64,000 nucleotides of DNA from NCBI GenBank assembly GCA_963769435.1, contig CAVYLN010000001.1, positions 887,722 to 951,721 on the forward strand, read 5' to 3'. The position numbers and the translations under genes are program-made. The stretch comes from an uncultured Actinomycetota bacterium. Its GTDB lineage: Bacteria > Actinomycetota > Actinomycetes > S36-B12 > UBA10799. Of this stretch, positions 33,813 to 45,611 are shown piece by piece (within the stretch, counting starts at the first letter, position 1; the number at the start of each line of letters is the position of its first letter). Under the pieces are notes generated by a model that ran no database searches, was not told the DNA's origin, and saw only the letters and a program-made list of their open reading frames with translations.

Positions 33813-35361
33813 TCATCCGCGCCGCGCGCCGCCGAGACCGAGCACGCCCGGGTTCAGGATGCTTGCCGGATCGAGCGCGCGCTTCGCAGCATCGAGCACG
33901 GTCGCGTAGACCGGCGGCCGCTGTTCGACGTACCAGGGGACATGATCGCGACCGATGGCGTGGTGGTGTGTGATGGTACCGCCGTGTGACCAGAGAGCAT
34001 CACTGACGCGGGCCTTGATCTCGTCCCAGATCGCGATCTCCTCCCCGCGCTGGACCGGCGCCAGGACCGTGAAGTAGGCGGCGGCACCATCGGGATAGAC
34101 GTGGGTGAGACGGCACGTGACCCGTCCCGGATGGCCGCAGAGTCCCTCGACCGCGTTCTGGGCCACCGCCCGCACGTCAGTGACGAGACCGTCGAGCCGG
34201 TCCCACGTCACCGCCGTCTCGAAGGTCTCCGCGAGAATCCCGAGACCGACCAGAGTGTCCCGCAGGTAGGGGGCTTGCAGGAAGGCGCCGCGCCACGCTT
34301 TCTCGTCGCCACCGGGCTGCACCTCACCCCCGGCACACAGCGCCAGCGCGCTCCGCAGACTCCCCTCGGTGTCGACACCGCCCTCGAACCCGATCACCAG
34401 CATCGCGCGAGGGTCGTCCCCGGGTGCCTCCGCGCCGTCGATCAGCCGGCAGTTGCTCGGCAGGAGCCCGGCGTGCAGCACTTCCCGGATCGCATCACAG
34501 CCCGCTGTGAAGGTGGGGAAGCGCACGGTAGCGCTCGACTTGTGGGCCGGTCGCGGCACCACCCGCAGCCAGGACCGGGTGATGACCCCGAGTGTCCCCT
34601 CGCTGCCCAGCAGCATCCGGTCCGGGCTGGGCCCGGCGCCGCTGGCCGGAAGCCGCCAGGACTCCCAGACCCCCTGCGGGGTGATCGCGCGGACGGACTC
34701 GACCAGATCATCGATGTGGGTGGGACCACTGGCGTAGTGTCCGCCCGCTCGGGTCGCGATCCAGCCCCCCACCGTCGAGAACTCGAACGACTGTGGGAAG
34801 AAGCGGGTGGTGAACCCGTGCTCGCGCAGTTGATCCTCGACCAGCCGGCCCGGCCGCACCCGCCTCGACCAACGCGCTGCGTGAGACCGGATCGACCTCC
34901 AGCACCGCGTGCATCCGGCTCATGTCGAGGCTGATCACACCCTCGTAGCCATCGAGGCCGCGCGGTTCGATGCCCCCGACCACGCTGGTGCCACCCCCGT
35001 AGGGGATCACCGCGACGTTGTGACCCTGCGCCCACTCCAGCGTGCGCTGCACATCGGACTCGTCGCGCGGGAACACCACGAAGTCCGGCGCGTTCGTGAA
35101 GTCCCCGCGGAACCCGCGGATGATGTCCCGGTACGCCTTGCCGAGGGTGTGGGTGGCGCGGACATGGGGGTCGGCCGAGGACAACTCCGGCAGTGCCACA
35201 GCGATCCTGGGCGCCGGAAGTCGCGCCCGGTCCAACGCGACGGGGGCTTCGACGTCCAGCGACCCGAATCCGAGGTGATCGATGATGGCCGGCGCCGCGG
35301 CAGCGGTCTGTTCGGGGGTCAGGGCGACATCGTCGTTGCCCCAGCCCCAGTGTTTTCTCAT
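33813..35361 (-). pseudogene. FAD-linked oxidase (GlcD / alkyl-DHAP synthase-like), frame broken by a 1-nt insertion near 34864
   Basis: N-terminal FAD-binding half (VVFPRDESDVQRTLEWAQGHNVAVIPYGGGTSVVGG..SLDMSRMHAVLEVD) and C-terminal half (RPGRLVEDQLREHGFT..GGWIATRAGG..GTITHHHAIGRDH) are in adjacent frames. Confidence 0.8.
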
Positions 35362-35428
35362 GCCTCCAGTCTGGTCCGCTACCCCTGATCGGTCCCGCCA
35401 TTTCGGCCCGGACGCCTAATGTGAAGGC

Positions 35429-36550
35429 ATGGCTGATCAGTTCATGACCGACGAGCGGGCGGCGCTGCACGAGACGGTGCGGGACTTCACGAGTGAGCAC
35501 ATCGCACCTGACTTGGCCACCTGGGAGGCGGACGGGGACATTCCTCGCGACCTGCACGAGAAGGCCGGCGAGCTCGGGTTGCTGGGCATCGGTTTCGACG
35601 AGTCGGTGGGGGGCAGCGGGGGCAGCCTGGCGGACGTCTACACCGTCACCGAGGCGATACTCGCCGCCGGCGGTTCCGGAGGGGTCATCGCCGGGCTGTT
35701 CACCCACGGGATCGCCATCCCCCACATCGTCGACTCCGGCGACCAGGACCTCATCGATCGCTGGGTGCGTCCGGTTCTCGCCGGGAAGCGCATCGCCTGC
35801 CTCGGCGTCACCGAGCCGGGCGGCGGTTCCGATGTGGCCAACCTCAGCACGCGCGCTGACGAATCCGGGGACGGCTGGGTCCTGAACGGTTCCAAGACGT
35901 TCATCACCTCGGGCGCAAGGGCGGACGTGGCAGTGGTCGCCGCGCGACTTCGGGGAGCGCCCGGAGCCGCTGGAGTGGGACTCTTCGCGGTACCCACCGA
36001 TCAGCCGGGCTATCAAGTGACGAACCGCCTGCAGAAGATGGGGTGGCACTGCAGCGACACCGCGGAGCTGGGGCTCGTCGACGCCCGCGCCGAACTGATC
36101 ACCGAAGAGGGTTTCGCCTCACTGGCACGCCACTTCGCGACCGAGCGCCTGTCGCTGGGCGTCACCGGCTACGCGACCGCAGCACGGTGCGTCGACCTCA
36201 CGCGGGCCTGGATCACGCAACGGGAGACCTTCGGCCGGCCCCTGTCCACCCGCCAAGTGGTCCGTCACACCTTCGTGGAGATGAACCGGCGCACCGACGT
36301 CGCCCGCTCCTACATCCGGGCCCTGGCACTCAGCGACGACGTCACCGTGCTCGACGCCATCTACGCCAAGCAGACCGGCGTCAACTGCGCCGCGTTCGTC
36401 ACCGACCGCGCTGTTCAGCTGCTCGGCGGCATGGGCTACGTCGCGGACGGCGAGGTCGAGAGGCACTACCGGGACGCACGGATCCTGGGGATCGGCGGTG
36501 GCGCCGACGAGGTCATGGCGGACCTTGCGGCACGCCTGCTGGGTCTGTAG
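35429..36550 (+). CDS. acyl-CoA dehydrogenase
   Basis: 373 aa: CLGVTEPGGGSDVANL, NGSKTFITSG, the GGMGY motif region and ERHYRDARILGIGGGADEV. Confidence 0.9.
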   Translation: MADQFMTDERAALHETVRDFTSEHIAPDLATWEADGDIPRDLHEKAGELGLLGIGFDESVGGSGGSLADVYTVTEAILAAGGSGGVIAGLFTHGIAIPHIVDSGDQDLIDRWVRPVLAGKRIACLGVTEPGGGSDVANLSTRADESGDGWVLNGSKTFITSGARADVAVVAARLRGAPGAAGVGLFAVPTDQPGYQVTNRLQKMGWHCSDTAELGLVDARAELITEEGFASLARHFATERLSLGVTGYATAARCVDLTRAWITQRETFGRPLSTRQVVRHTFVEMNRRTDVARSYIRALALSDDVTVLDAIYAKQTGVNCAAFVTDRAVQLLGGMGYVADGEVERHYRDARILGIGGGADEVMADLAARLLGL

Positions 36551-36643
36551 CGGGCCGCGGGCTGCCAGCCGGCCATCGATCATGGTGAGGAAGACAAACG
36601 TGAGGTGCTACTTGCCCACCGACGCGCCTGGCCGGCGTCCGGA

Positions 36644-37627
36644 TCAACCGGTCCTGTTCACCACGTAGTCGCACACAGCGGCCAGCGCGTCACGGGCGGG
36701 GCCCGCGGGCAGAGTGGTGAGACACGCCCGCGCATCATCGGCCCATTGCCGGGCGACCGTCCTGGCCTCGGCCACGGCCGAGTGGTCGCGCAGCAGGTCC
36801 AGCGCCTCCGCCACCTCGTCGTCGGACAGCGGCCGGGCCAGCAACTCCAGTAGACGCACGTCCTCCGCGCGTTCTTCACGCAGCACCATCAGCGCCGCAA
36901 GCGTGGGGACACCTTCCTTCAGGTCGGTGCCGGGGGTCTTGCCGGAGTCCGTCGCGGCGCTGGTGAGATCGACGAGGTCGTCGGCCAGTTGGAACGCCAC
37001 GCCGATCCGCTCCCCGTAGCGCGTGAGCGTGTCGATCGTCGACTCGTCACACCCGGCGAACATCGCGCCGAACTGCGCGGACGTCGCGATCAGGGAACCG
37101 GTCTTGTCCGCGAGCACGACCAGGTGGTGGGCGACGGCATCCTCACCGTCAGCCGGGCCGACAGTCTCCCGGATCTGCCCGGTGACCAGACGCTCGAACG
37201 TCCTGGCCTGGATCCGGACCGCCTCAGGTCCCAGGTCGGCGAGGATGTCGGAGGCGCGCGAGAACAGGAAGTCACCGGTGAGGATGGCCACCGAGTTGTC
37301 CCACCGGCTGTTCGCCGACGCGCGTCCCCGGCGCAGGGGCGCCTCGTCCATCACATCGTCGTGGTAGAGGGTCGCCAGGTGGGTGAGCTCGACGACGGTC
37401 GCGGCGTCGTAGACGGCATCTCGATCGGGATCCCCGAAAGCCGCACACAGCAGCGTCATCAGGGGCCGGAACCGCTTGCCACCCGCCTCCACGAGGTGGG
37501 CGGAGGTCTCCGTGACGAACGGGTAGTCGCTCTTGACAGCCTCTGTGAGACGCGTCTCGACACGCCCGAGACGGTTCTGCAGACCGTCGCGCAGCCGGGG
37601 ATCGGTGAGGAACGCCAGATTCGGCAC
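36644..37627 (-). CDS. polyprenyl diphosphate synthase (menaquinone side-chain, heptaprenyl/long-chain type)
   Basis: 327 aa with two Asp-rich motifs, LYHDDVMDEA and FQLADDLVD. Starts 12 nt after the nuoN stop on the same strand. Confidence 0.9.
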   Translation of the reverse strand: MPNLAFLTDPRLRDGLQNRLGRVETRLTEAVKSDYPFVTETSAHLVEAGGKRFRPLMTLLCAAFGDPDRDAVYDAATVVELTHLATLYHDDVMDEAPLRRGRASANSRWDNSVAILTGDFLFSRASDILADLGPEAVRIQARTFERLVTGQIRETVGPADGEDAVAHHLVVLADKTGSLIATSAQFGAMFAGCDESTIDTLTRYGERIGVAFQLADDLVDLTSAATDSGKTPGTDLKEGVPTLAALMVLREERAEDVRLLELLARPLSDDEVAEALDLLRDHSAVAEARTVARQWADDARACLTTLPAGPARDALAAVCDYVVNRTG

Positions 37628-37638
37628 CGATCACACCC

Positions 37639-39186
37639 CTATCTGATGAACGTGGAGGCCTTGTCTGCCAAGTCCAGCACGGATTGCGGAAGCACGCCAA
37701 GAATCACGGTAACCGCTACCGTCACGCCGATCGCCACCGCGGTCAGGCTGCTGGGCACCACCACCGTCGGCGCGTCCTCGGCGCGTTCGGTGAAGAACAT
37801 CAGAACGATCACGCGGACGTAGAAGAACGCGGCGATCGCGGAGGCGAACACCCCGACGATCACAACCGGTGTCGCACCGCCCTCGATGCCTGCTGAGAAC
37901 ACCGCGAACTTGCTGGTGAACCCGGAGGTGAGCGGGATGCCTGCGAACGCCAGCAGCAGCACGGCGAACGCACCGGCCACCAGCGGCGAGGTCTTGCCCA
38001 GACCCGCCCACTGGGACAGTTTCGTCGCCTCGCCCGCAGGGTCGCGGACCAGGCTGACGATCGCGAACGCGCCGAGAGTCGAGAACCCGTAGACGAGCAC
38101 GTAGAACATCGTGCTCGACAGGCCCGACGGGCTCGTCGCCAGGACACCGATCAGCATGAACCCGGTGTTCGCGATCGCCGAGTAGGCGAGCATCCGCTTG
38201 ATGTCGTTCTGCGTCAGGGCCAGGATCGCGCCGACCAGCATGGTTGCGATCGCCACCCCCCACATGATCGGCCGCCAGTCCCAGCGCAGTCCGCCGAGGG
38301 CGACGTAGGTCAAACGCAGCAGACCGCCGAATGCGGCGATCTTCACACCGGCCGCCATGAATGCCGTGGCCGGTGTGGGCGAACCCTGATACACGTCCGG
38401 CGTCCATTGGTGGAACGGCACCGCGCCGATCTTGAACAGCAGCCCGACGAACAGCAGCCCGATGGCCGCGATCAGCAGCCCGTTGTTGCCGGGGTCGGCG
38501 GCCATGCTGTCGACGATGCCGGGGAACGAGATCGTCCCGGAGAAGCCGTAGAGCATGGCGGCGCCGAACACGAAGAAACCTGAGGAGTAGGCACCGAGCA
38601 GGAAGTACTTCATCGCTGCTTCCTGGCTCAGCAGCCGGCGCCGGCGGGCCATTCCCGCCATGAGGTACAGCGGCAGGGACATGACCTCGAGCGCGACGAA
38701 CATGGTGAGGAGGTCGTTGGCGCTCGTGAACAGCATCATGCCGCCCACGCAGAACAGGAACAGTGGCCAGACCTCCGTCTGCATCCAGCCGAGTTGGGTG
38801 AACGCCTTCTCGTCCACGCTTCCGGGCAGGGCCGAGGCCTGTGGGGCGAACGCGTCACCGGCGGGGTCCACCTGCCGTTCGGCGATCAGCAGGGCCGACA
38901 CCATGGCGATCAGCAGGATCGAGCCCTGCATGAACAGCGCGGGCCCGTCGATGGCGATGGTCCCCTCGGCGGCCAGTTCGCTGGTGCCCGCCAGCCGGAT
39001 CACCCAGACCAGCGATGCGAGCAGCACACCTGCCACCAGGACCAACTGGATCCCTCGACGCGAGGCCCGCGGCACGAACGCCTCCACCAGCACGCTCAGC
39101 ACTCCGCCACCCAGAACGATCAGCAGGGGGGCGACGAGTGCGTACTTGATCTCGGGAGACGCGAATGTCTCCAGCACGCCGTTCAC
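37639..39186 (-). CDS. nuoN: NADH-quinone oxidoreductase subunit N
   Basis: Polytopic antiporter-like subunit. GTG 39186 overlaps the nuoM stop (GTGA). Last gene of the nuo chain. Confidence 0.95.
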   Translation of the reverse strand: MNGVLETFASPEIKYALVAPLLIVLGGGVLSVLVEAFVPRASRRGIQLVLVAGVLLASLVWVIRLAGTSELAAEGTIAIDGPALFMQGSILLIAMVSALLIAERQVDPAGDAFAPQASALPGSVDEKAFTQLGWMQTEVWPLFLFCVGGMMLFTSANDLLTMFVALEVMSLPLYLMAGMARRRRLLSQEAAMKYFLLGAYSSGFFVFGAAMLYGFSGTISFPGIVDSMAADPGNNGLLIAAIGLLFVGLLFKIGAVPFHQWTPDVYQGSPTPATAFMAAGVKIAAFGGLLRLTYVALGGLRWDWRPIMWGVAIATMLVGAILALTQNDIKRMLAYSAIANTGFMLIGVLATSPSGLSSTMFYVLVYGFSTLGAFAIVSLVRDPAGEATKLSQWAGLGKTSPLVAGAFAVLLLAFAGIPLTSGFTSKFAVFSAGIEGGATPVVIVGVFASAIAAFFYVRVIVLMFFTERAEDAPTVVVPSSLTAVAIGVTVAVTVILGVLPQSVLDLADKASTFIR

Positions 39187-40739
39187 TGGTCCGCCCCTTC
39201 CTCGACACAACCGTCCGCGAAGTCGCAGTCCGCGGTGACCCCCACGCTCGGATCCTGCACACCCACGACCGTCAGCGTCTGGGTGACCGCCGGGTTGATC
39301 ACGTCGAGCGCCGGTGCGGGGAACACCCCGAGCGCGAGGATCAGTGCCACCAGCGGCGAGACCGCGACGATCTCCCGGCCGCCGAGATCCTTGATGTCCT
39401 CACAGCCGGGCTTGACCGGACCGGTCATGGTGCGCTGGTAGAGCCACAGGATGTACAGCGCGGCCAGAATGATGCCGGTCGTCGCGATCACCGCCACGAG
39501 CGGATAGCGCACGTAGGTTCCGACCAGCACCAGGAACTCGGACACGAAACTGCTCATTCCCGGCAGCGCCAGTGAGGACAGGCCCGCGATCAGGAAGAAC
39601 CCCGCGAGCAGAGGGGCCACCTTGTGCACGCCGCCGTAGTCCTCCACGAGTTTGGACCCGCGCCGGCTGATCAGGAACCCTGCGACCAGGAACAGCGCGG
39701 CGGTGGAGAAGCCGTGGTTGATCATGTACAGCGTCGATCCGCTCTGACCCTGGCTGGTCAGCACGAAGATGCCCAGGGTGATGAACCCGAAGTGACTCAC
39801 CGACGTGTACGCGATGAGGCGTTTGATGTCGGTCTGCCCGATGGCCAGCAGCGCACCGTAGATGATGCCGACCACACTGAGCACGATGATCAGCGGCGTG
39901 TAGAACTGCGAGGCCTCGGGGAAGATCTGCAGGCAGTAGCGCAGCATCCCGAAGGTGCCGACCTTGTCGAGCACACCCACGAGCAGCACCGCACTTCCCG
40001 GCTGCGCCTCGGTGGCCGCATCCGGCAACCAGGTGTGGAACGGCCATAGGGGAGCCTTGACCGCGAACGCGAAGAAGAACCCGAGGAACAGCATCCGCTG
40101 AGTGGTCGAGTCCATCCCGAGTTGGGTGAGGGCGCCGAAGTCGAACGTGCCGGCACCGAACTCACGCTGGCTCACCACGTACAGTCCGATCAGGCTGGCC
40201 AGCATGAACAGGCCACCGAACAGGCTCACGATCAGGAACTTCACCGCGGCGTACGACCGTCGGGCCCCTCCGTACCGGCCGATCATGAAGTACATCGGGA
40301 TCAGCATGACCTCGAAGAAGACGTAGAAGAGGAACACGTCGATCGCCGAGAAGACCCCGATCATGCACACCAGCAAAGCCAGCATGAGCGCGAAGTAGCC
40401 CTTCGTGGGCGCATCGGAGTGGTCGGCCTCGTTCCAGCCGGCCAGGATCACCACCGGGACCAGGATCGCCGCCAGCGCGATCAGCACCAGAGCGATGCCG
40501 TCGACCCCCAGCGCGAACGAGATGCCGAACGACTCGATCCACGGAGTGGACGTGACGAACTGGAAGGGTTCGGTACTCGTGGCGTCGAACTCCAGCGCCA
40601 TGGCGATCACCAGGACCAGGGTGGCCACGCTGAAGCCGAGCGCGACCTGCTTGGCCAGTTCCGGCTTGTCCTTGGGCAGCAGGGCCACCACGACCGCTCC
40701 CACGGCCGGGACGAGCAACAGGGTCAGCAACCAGTTCAT
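39183..40739 (-). CDS. nuoM: NADH-quinone oxidoreductase subunit M
   Basis: [15 protein letters not shown].. from ATG 40739, overlapping the nuoL stop (ATGA). Antiporter-like subunit of 518 aa. Confidence 0.95.
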   Translation of the reverse strand: MNWLLTLLLVPAVGAVVVALLPKDKPELAKQVALGFSVATLVLVIAMALEFDATSTEPFQFVTSTPWIESFGISFALGVDGIALVLIALAAILVPVVILAGWNEADHSDAPTKGYFALMLALLVCMIGVFSAIDVFLFYVFFEVMLIPMYFMIGRYGGARRSYAAVKFLIVSLFGGLFMLASLIGLYVVSQREFGAGTFDFGALTQLGMDSTTQRMLFLGFFFAFAVKAPLWPFHTWLPDAATEAQPGSAVLLVGVLDKVGTFGMLRYCLQIFPEASQFYTPLIIVLSVVGIIYGALLAIGQTDIKRLIAYTSVSHFGFITLGIFVLTSQGQSGSTLYMINHGFSTAALFLVAGFLISRRGSKLVEDYGGVHKVAPLLAGFFLIAGLSSLALPGMSSFVSEFLVLVGTYVRYPLVAVIATTGIILAALYILWLYQRTMTGPVKPGCEDIKDLGGREIVAVSPLVALILALGVFPAPALDVINPAVTQTLTVVGVQDPSVGVTADCDFADGCVEEGADQ

Positions 40740-42664
40740 CAGAGCCTCACCACCAGCAGGGCCGCGAAGAGCAGGAAGGCTCCGATGAGCATCGACAGCG
40801 CGTAGGACCTGGAGTAGCCGGTCTGCCACTTGCGCATGCGACTGGACAGACCCGCCGTGGCCGAGCCCATGGCCAGCAGGGTGCCGTCGATGCTGCGGTT
40901 GTCGAACCACACCAGGGCGCGGGTCAAGTACTGACCGGGCCTCATGAAGACCGCCTCGTTGAAGGCGTCACCGTAAAGGTCCTTGCGGGCGGCCACGGTC
41001 AGCGGCGACACCGACGTGGGCGCGGTGAGCGGCACCTCCCGGCGGTACTGCTGGTAGGCCAGCAGCGCACCGACGATCACCAGCAGCAGCGTCACCCCGC
41101 TTATGAGCGGTATGGGTATCGGAGGTTCGGGATGCTCGAATCCGACCACGGGTTCCAACCACTTCTCGATCGCGCCGTTCCAGGCCAGCACGAATCCGCT
41201 GGCCAGGGACGCGATGCCCAGGATGATCAGCGGGATCGTCATCACCGACGGCGACTCGTGCGGGTGCACATCGTCGGTCCAGCGCTTCTTGCCCAGGAAC
41301 GTCATCGTGAACAGGCGGGTCATGTAGAACGCCGTGATGCCGGCGCCGATCATTGCGGCCAGGCCCGCGGCCCAGCTGTGCGCGAAAGCGGCTTCGATGA
41401 TCTTGTCCTTGGAGTAGAACCCGGAGAACGGGGGCACGCCCATGATGGCCAGCCATCCAGAGGCGAATGTGATGAAGGTGACCACCATGACCGTGCGGAT
41501 GGCACCGAACCTGCGCATGTCCTCCTGATTGTTGAAGGAGTGCATGACCGAGCCTGCCCCGAGGAACATGTTGGCCTTGAAGAAGCCGTGGTTCACGAGG
41601 TGGAAGATGGCGAACACGTATCCGATCGGGCCGAGACCGGCAGCCAGCACCATGTAGCCGATCTGCGACATCGTGGACCCGGCCAGGACCTTCTTGATCT
41701 CGTCCTTGGCCAGACCGATGATCGCGCCGAAGATCAGCGTGAAGGCTCCGATGAAGATGACCACTGTCTGGGCGGTGGGCGCCCCGTCGAAGATCGGGTT
41801 CGAGCGCGCGATCAGGTAGACACCGGCGGTCACCATCGTGGCCGCGTGGATCAGTGCCGAGACCGGGGTCGGGCCCTCCATGGCGTCGAGCAACCAGGAC
41901 TGCAGCGGGAACTGTGCCGACTTGCCACATGCAGCCAGCAGGAGCAGCAACCCGATCCAGGTCAGCGTCCCCTCGCTGGACTCCCCGGCCTGGGCGAACA
42001 CATCGGGGAAGGTGACCGAGCCGAAGGCGACGAAGATGGCCATGATCGCGACCGACAGACCGAAATCCCCGACGCGGTTGACCACGAAGGCCTTCTTCGC
42101 GGCAGCCGCCGCGCTTGGCTTGTACTGCCAGAACCCGATCAGCAGGTACGAGGCCAGGCCGACGCCCTCCCACCCGACGTAGAGCAGCAGGTAGTTGTCC
42201 GCCATCACCAGCAGCAACATCGCCGCCACGAACAGGTTCAGATACGCGAAGAACAGGCGCCGTTTCGGGTCGTCGGCCATGTAGCCGATCGAGTAGATAT
42301 GGATCAGGGACCCAACGCCCGTGATCAGCAGGATGAAGGTCATCGACAACTGGTCGATCTGCAGGCCGACGTTCGCGGTGAAGTCCCCCACGAACACCCA
42401 GTCCCACAGATGCTGGATGACCCCGCGGTCGTCGGACGGCTTGGCCAGCAGCGCCAGCCACATCATCACCGCGAGCACGAACGAGCCGATCGGCAGCACC
42501 GTGGCCAGCAGGTGACCCCACTTGTCGGTGCGCCGGCCGAACATGAGCAGGACCGCAGCACCGAACAGTGGCAGGGCGATCAGCAGCCAGGTGTAGGTGA
42601 AAATGCCCTCCGATGGGGCATACGTGATGGTCGGCGTCGCGGACGCCAGCAGGTCGGTGCCCAT
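40739..42664 (-). CDS. nuoL: NADH-quinone oxidoreductase subunit L
   Basis: 641 aa. Antiporter-like subunit with a long C-terminal amphipathic extension. The ATG overlaps the nuoK stop. Confidence 0.95.
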   Translation of the reverse strand: MGTDLLASATPTITYAPSEGIFTYTWLLIALPLFGAAVLLMFGRRTDKWGHLLATVLPIGSFVLAVMMWLALLAKPSDDRGVIQHLWDWVFVGDFTANVGLQIDQLSMTFILLITGVGSLIHIYSIGYMADDPKRRLFFAYLNLFVAAMLLLVMADNYLLLYVGWEGVGLASYLLIGFWQYKPSAAAAAKKAFVVNRVGDFGLSVAIMAIFVAFGSVTFPDVFAQAGESSEGTLTWIGLLLLLAACGKSAQFPLQSWLLDAMEGPTPVSALIHAATMVTAGVYLIARSNPIFDGAPTAQTVVIFIGAFTLIFGAIIGLAKDEIKKVLAGSTMSQIGYMVLAAGLGPIGYVFAIFHLVNHGFFKANMFLGAGSVMHSFNNQEDMRRFGAIRTVMVVTFITFASGWLAIMGVPPFSGFYSKDKIIEAAFAHSWAAGLAAMIGAGITAFYMTRLFTMTFLGKKRWTDDVHPHESPSVMTIPLIILGIASLASGFVLAWNGAIEKWLEPVVGFEHPEPPIPIPLISGVTLLLVIVGALLAYQQYRREVPLTAPTSVSPLTVAARKDLYGDAFNEAVFMRPGQYLTRALVWFDNRSIDGTLLAMGSATAGLSSRMRKWQTGYSRSYALSMLIGAFLLFAALLVVRL

Positions 42665-42963
42665 CAGAACCTCAGCAGACTTGGCTCGTCCACCGAGGCG
42701 CTGCGGCGGGTGCGGAAGATGACCACGATGATCGCCAGGCCGACGACGACCTCAGCGGCGGCCACCACCATCGTGAAGAACGCGAAGACCTGGCCCTCGA
42801 GGTTCCCGTGCATCCGGGCGAAGGCGACGAACGCGAGGTTCGACGCGTTGAGCATCAGCTCGACACACATGAAGACCACGATCGCGTTGCGGCGGAACAA
42901 CATGCCGAACGCTCCGAGACTGAACAGGATCGCCGCCAGGGCGATGTAGTGGTCGGTCGTCAC
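42664..42963 (-). CDS. nuoK: NADH-quinone oxidoreductase subunit K
   Basis: 99 aa from GTG 42963: [40 protein letters not shown]. Embedded in a longer spurious track ORF. Confidence 0.9.
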   Translation of the reverse strand: MTTDHYIALAAILFSLGAFGMLFRRNAIVVFMCVELMLNASNLAFVAFARMHGNLEGQVFAFFTMVVAAAEVVVGLAIIVVIFRTRRSASVDEPSLLRF

Positions 42964-43787
42964 CTTTCCTCCCCGGAGGTGTCGTCGGTGGCCGCATCGA
43001 GTTCGTCGACGACGACGTCGTGTCCCCCCATGACCTCGTCCACCTCCTCGACGTCGACCCGATCGACCGTAGTCTCGCGCAGTGCCATGGGCCGCGGAAG
43101 CGAGACCTCCGCCGCCGAGCCGTCCGGCAGCAGTGCGGGGGTGTCGACCGCGTTGTGGCGCGCGTATGTGCCGGGCGGCGGCAGCGGGCTCGGGTGCGGT
43201 CCCTTGAACCGTGCCGTCGAGAGATCCCGCTGGGTGGCCTTCGGCTTGTAGTGCTCCTGGTGGGTGAGGATCATCGCGCCGAGCGCGGCGGTGATGAGCA
43301 GCGCGGAAGTGACCTCGAACGCGAACACGTACCGCGTGAAGATCAACTCCGCGATTCCCTGTAGGTTCCCGCCCCGAACGGTGTTGGCCTCCTCGAGCGA
43401 ACCCACCGGCATGTCCGACGTGCCCTGACCGAGCAGGCCCACCAGCAGCACCCCGAAACCGAGCCCGAAGAAGATGGCCGGGCCGCGCTGGCCCTTGAGG
43501 GTCTCGATCAGCGAGTCCGAGGAGTCGACGCCGACGACCATCAGCACGAACAGGAACAGCATCATGATCGCGCCGGTGTAGACGATGACCTGCACCATGC
43601 CGAGGAACGGTGCGGACAGGCTCACGTAGAGGATGGCGAGGTTGATCATGGTCATGGCCAGGAACAGCGCGCTGTGCACCGCCTTGCGCGAGAACAACAT
43701 GCCCATGGCTCCGAGGACGGCTAGCGCCCCACAGATCCAGAAGACCGCGGCCTCCCCGGCGTTCTGCACGGCCAGTGTTGCGGTCAC
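42960..43787 (-). CDS. nuoJ: NADH-quinone oxidoreductase subunit J
   Basis: 275 aa. The hydrophobic N-terminal two thirds match NuoJ, followed by a hydrophilic acidic tail. GTG overlaps the nuoI stop. Confidence 0.9.
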   Translation of the reverse strand: MTATLAVQNAGEAAVFWICGALAVLGAMGMLFSRKAVHSALFLAMTMINLAILYVSLSAPFLGMVQVIVYTGAIMMLFLFVLMVVGVDSSDSLIETLKGQRGPAIFFGLGFGVLLVGLLGQGTSDMPVGSLEEANTVRGGNLQGIAELIFTRYVFAFEVTSALLITAALGAMILTHQEHYKPKATQRDLSTARFKGPHPSPLPPPGTYARHNAVDTPALLPDGSAAEVSLPRPMALRETTVDRVDVEEVDEVMGGHDVVVDELDAATDDTSGEER

Positions 43788-44338
43788 GTGGTGCTCCCTT
43801 CGACCGCATCCTTGAGAGGTTCACCGGCTCCGGTGACCCTACCCTCGTAGTAGTCCTTCTCGGTGGCGCCCTCCACCATGTCGTGCGGCGGGTTCACCAT
43901 GCCGGGCAGCAGCGGGGCCAGCAGGTCCTGCTTCTCGTAGATGAGTTTCTGCCGGCTGTCGTCGGCGAGTTCGAACTCGTGGATCATCGTCAGCGCACGG
44001 GTCGGGCACGCTTCGATGCACAGCCCGCAGCCGATACAGCGCAGGTAGTTGATCTGGTAGACGCGGCCGTACCGTTCCCCCGGCGAGTAGCGACCGCCCG
44101 AAGTGTTGTCGGCCCCCTGCACGAAGATCGCGTCCGCCGGGCACGCCCACGCGCACAACTCGCAGCCGACGCACTTCTCCAACCCGTCCGGGTGCCGGTT
44201 GAGCTGGTGCCGGCCGTGGTAGCGCGCCTTCGGTGGGAACTCGTCCTTCTCCTCGGGGTACTGCTCGGTGACGACCTTCCTGAACATGGTGGCGAAGGTG
44301 GTGGAGAACCCCTTGACCACCGGTGGCACGTCAGGCAT
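43784..44338 (-). CDS. nuoI: NADH-quinone oxidoreductase subunit I
   Basis: 184 aa with two [4Fe-4S] motifs, [12 protein letters not shown] and [12 protein letters not shown]. Confidence 0.95.
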   Translation of the reverse strand: MPDVPPVVKGFSTTFATMFRKVVTEQYPEEKDEFPPKARYHGRHQLNRHPDGLEKCVGCELCAWACPADAIFVQGADNTSGGRYSPGERYGRVYQINYLRCIGCGLCIEACPTRALTMIHEFELADDSRQKLIYEKQDLLAPLLPGMVNPPHDMVEGATEKDYYEGRVTGAGEPLKDAVEGSTT

Positions 44339-45611
44339 TGCGGGCCTCCTGTTCGACAGCGGGCACTCGCGAGGGTTCGAGCAGTTCCTGGCCGGGCATC
44401 GGCGGTACCGGGTGTCCTCCTGCGAAGGGGTCCACGGGCTCTTCGAACGAGATCTCGGCGGCCTCCGCGGCCTCGGCGCGACGGTCCCGGTGGACCTGCG
44501 CGAAGTACGAGGACACCATCAGCAGTGCCAGTGAGAAACCGAAGGCGACGAGCACCGACAGGTACGCCGAACCGTCCGGGCCGATGTAGAACCGGGCGAT
44601 GGACACGACGATGATCCAGGCCAGCGAGGTCGGTATCAGCACCTTCCAGCCGAATCGCATGAACTGGTCGTAGCGCAGCCTGGGCAGCGTCCCCCGCAAC
44701 CAGATGAACACGAAGATGAACGCACACACCTTCATGAGGAACCACAGCATGGGCAACCAGCCCTCGTTGGCCCCCGACCAGATGGAGATGGGCCAGGGTG
44801 CCCGCCAGCCACCGAGGAACAGCGTGGTCGCCAGGGCCGAGACGGTCACCATGTTGATGTACTCGGCGAGGAAGAACATCGCGAACTTCAGCGAGGAGTA
44901 CTCGGTGTGGAAACCACCGACGAGCTCCCCTTCCGCCTCGGGCAGGTCGAACGGCGCCCGGTTGGTCTCACCGACCATGGACGTGGTGTAGATGATGAAC
45001 GAGGGCAGCAGCAGCACGACGTACCAGAGTTTGGTCTGCGCGGTGACGATCTCGGAGGTGGAGGCGCTGCCCGCGTACAGGAACACCGCCACGAACGACA
45101 GCCCCATGGCGATCTCGTAGGAGATCATCTGCGCAGTGCTTCGCAGGCCGCCCAGCAGCGGGTAGGTGGACCCGGACGCCCACCCTGCCAGGACGATGCC
45201 GTAGATACCGATGGACGCGATGGCCAGTACGTACAGCACGGACACGGGGAAGTCGGTGAGTTGCAGCATGGTGGTCTGCCCGAAGATCGACACCTCGGGG
45301 CCGAACGGGATCACCGCGAAGGCCAGGAAGGCCGGGACCGCTGACAGCAGCGGCGCCAGGATGTAGACGCCGAGTTCGACCTTGCGGGGGATGATCTCCT
45401 CTTTGAGCGCGAGTTTGAAGCCGTCCATCAGGGACTGCAGCAGCCCGAACGGGCCGACCCGGTTGGGGCCCACCCGGCTCTGCATCCGTGCCACGACACG
45501 GCGTTCGGCCCAGATCGTCAGCAACACGATGACGACCAGCAGGATGAACAGGCCGAGCACCTTCAGGCAGATCAGCCAGAACGGGTCACTGCCGAACCCG
45601 GCGACATTCAT
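44331..45611 (-). CDS. nuoH: NADH-quinone oxidoreductase subunit H
   Basis: 426 aa: [41 protein letters not shown]. Confidence 0.95.
   Translation of the reverse strand: MNVAGFGSDPFWLICLKVLGLFILLVVIVLLTIWAERRVVARMQSRVGPNRVGPFGLLQSLMDGFKLALKEEIIPRKVELGVYILAPLLSAVPAFLAFAVIPFGPEVSIFGQTTMLQLTDFPVSVLYVLAIASIGIYGIVLAGWASGSTYPLLGGLRSTAQMISYEIAMGLSFVAVFLYAGSASTSEIVTAQTKLWYVVLLLPSFIIYTTSMVGETNRAPFDLPEAEGELVGGFHTEYSSLKFAMFFLAEYINMVTVSALATTLFLGGWRAPWPISIWSGANEGWLPMLWFLMKVCAFIFVFIWLRGTLPRLRYDQFMRFGWKVLIPTSLAWIIVVSIARFYIGPDGSAYLSVLVAFGFSLALLMVSSYFAQVHRDRRAEAAEAAEISFEEPVDPFAGGHPVPPMPGQELLEPSRVPAVEQEARNA

Noticed and set aside
41132-42949. 605-aa plus-strand ORF. Similar cases are 56765-58876 (703 aa), 54629-55918 (429 aa, minus), 28999-29565 and 50121-50690.
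   Set aside because: All are antisense shadows of nuoL, menD/menC, menF, korA and nuoD respectively, with compositionally biased translations.
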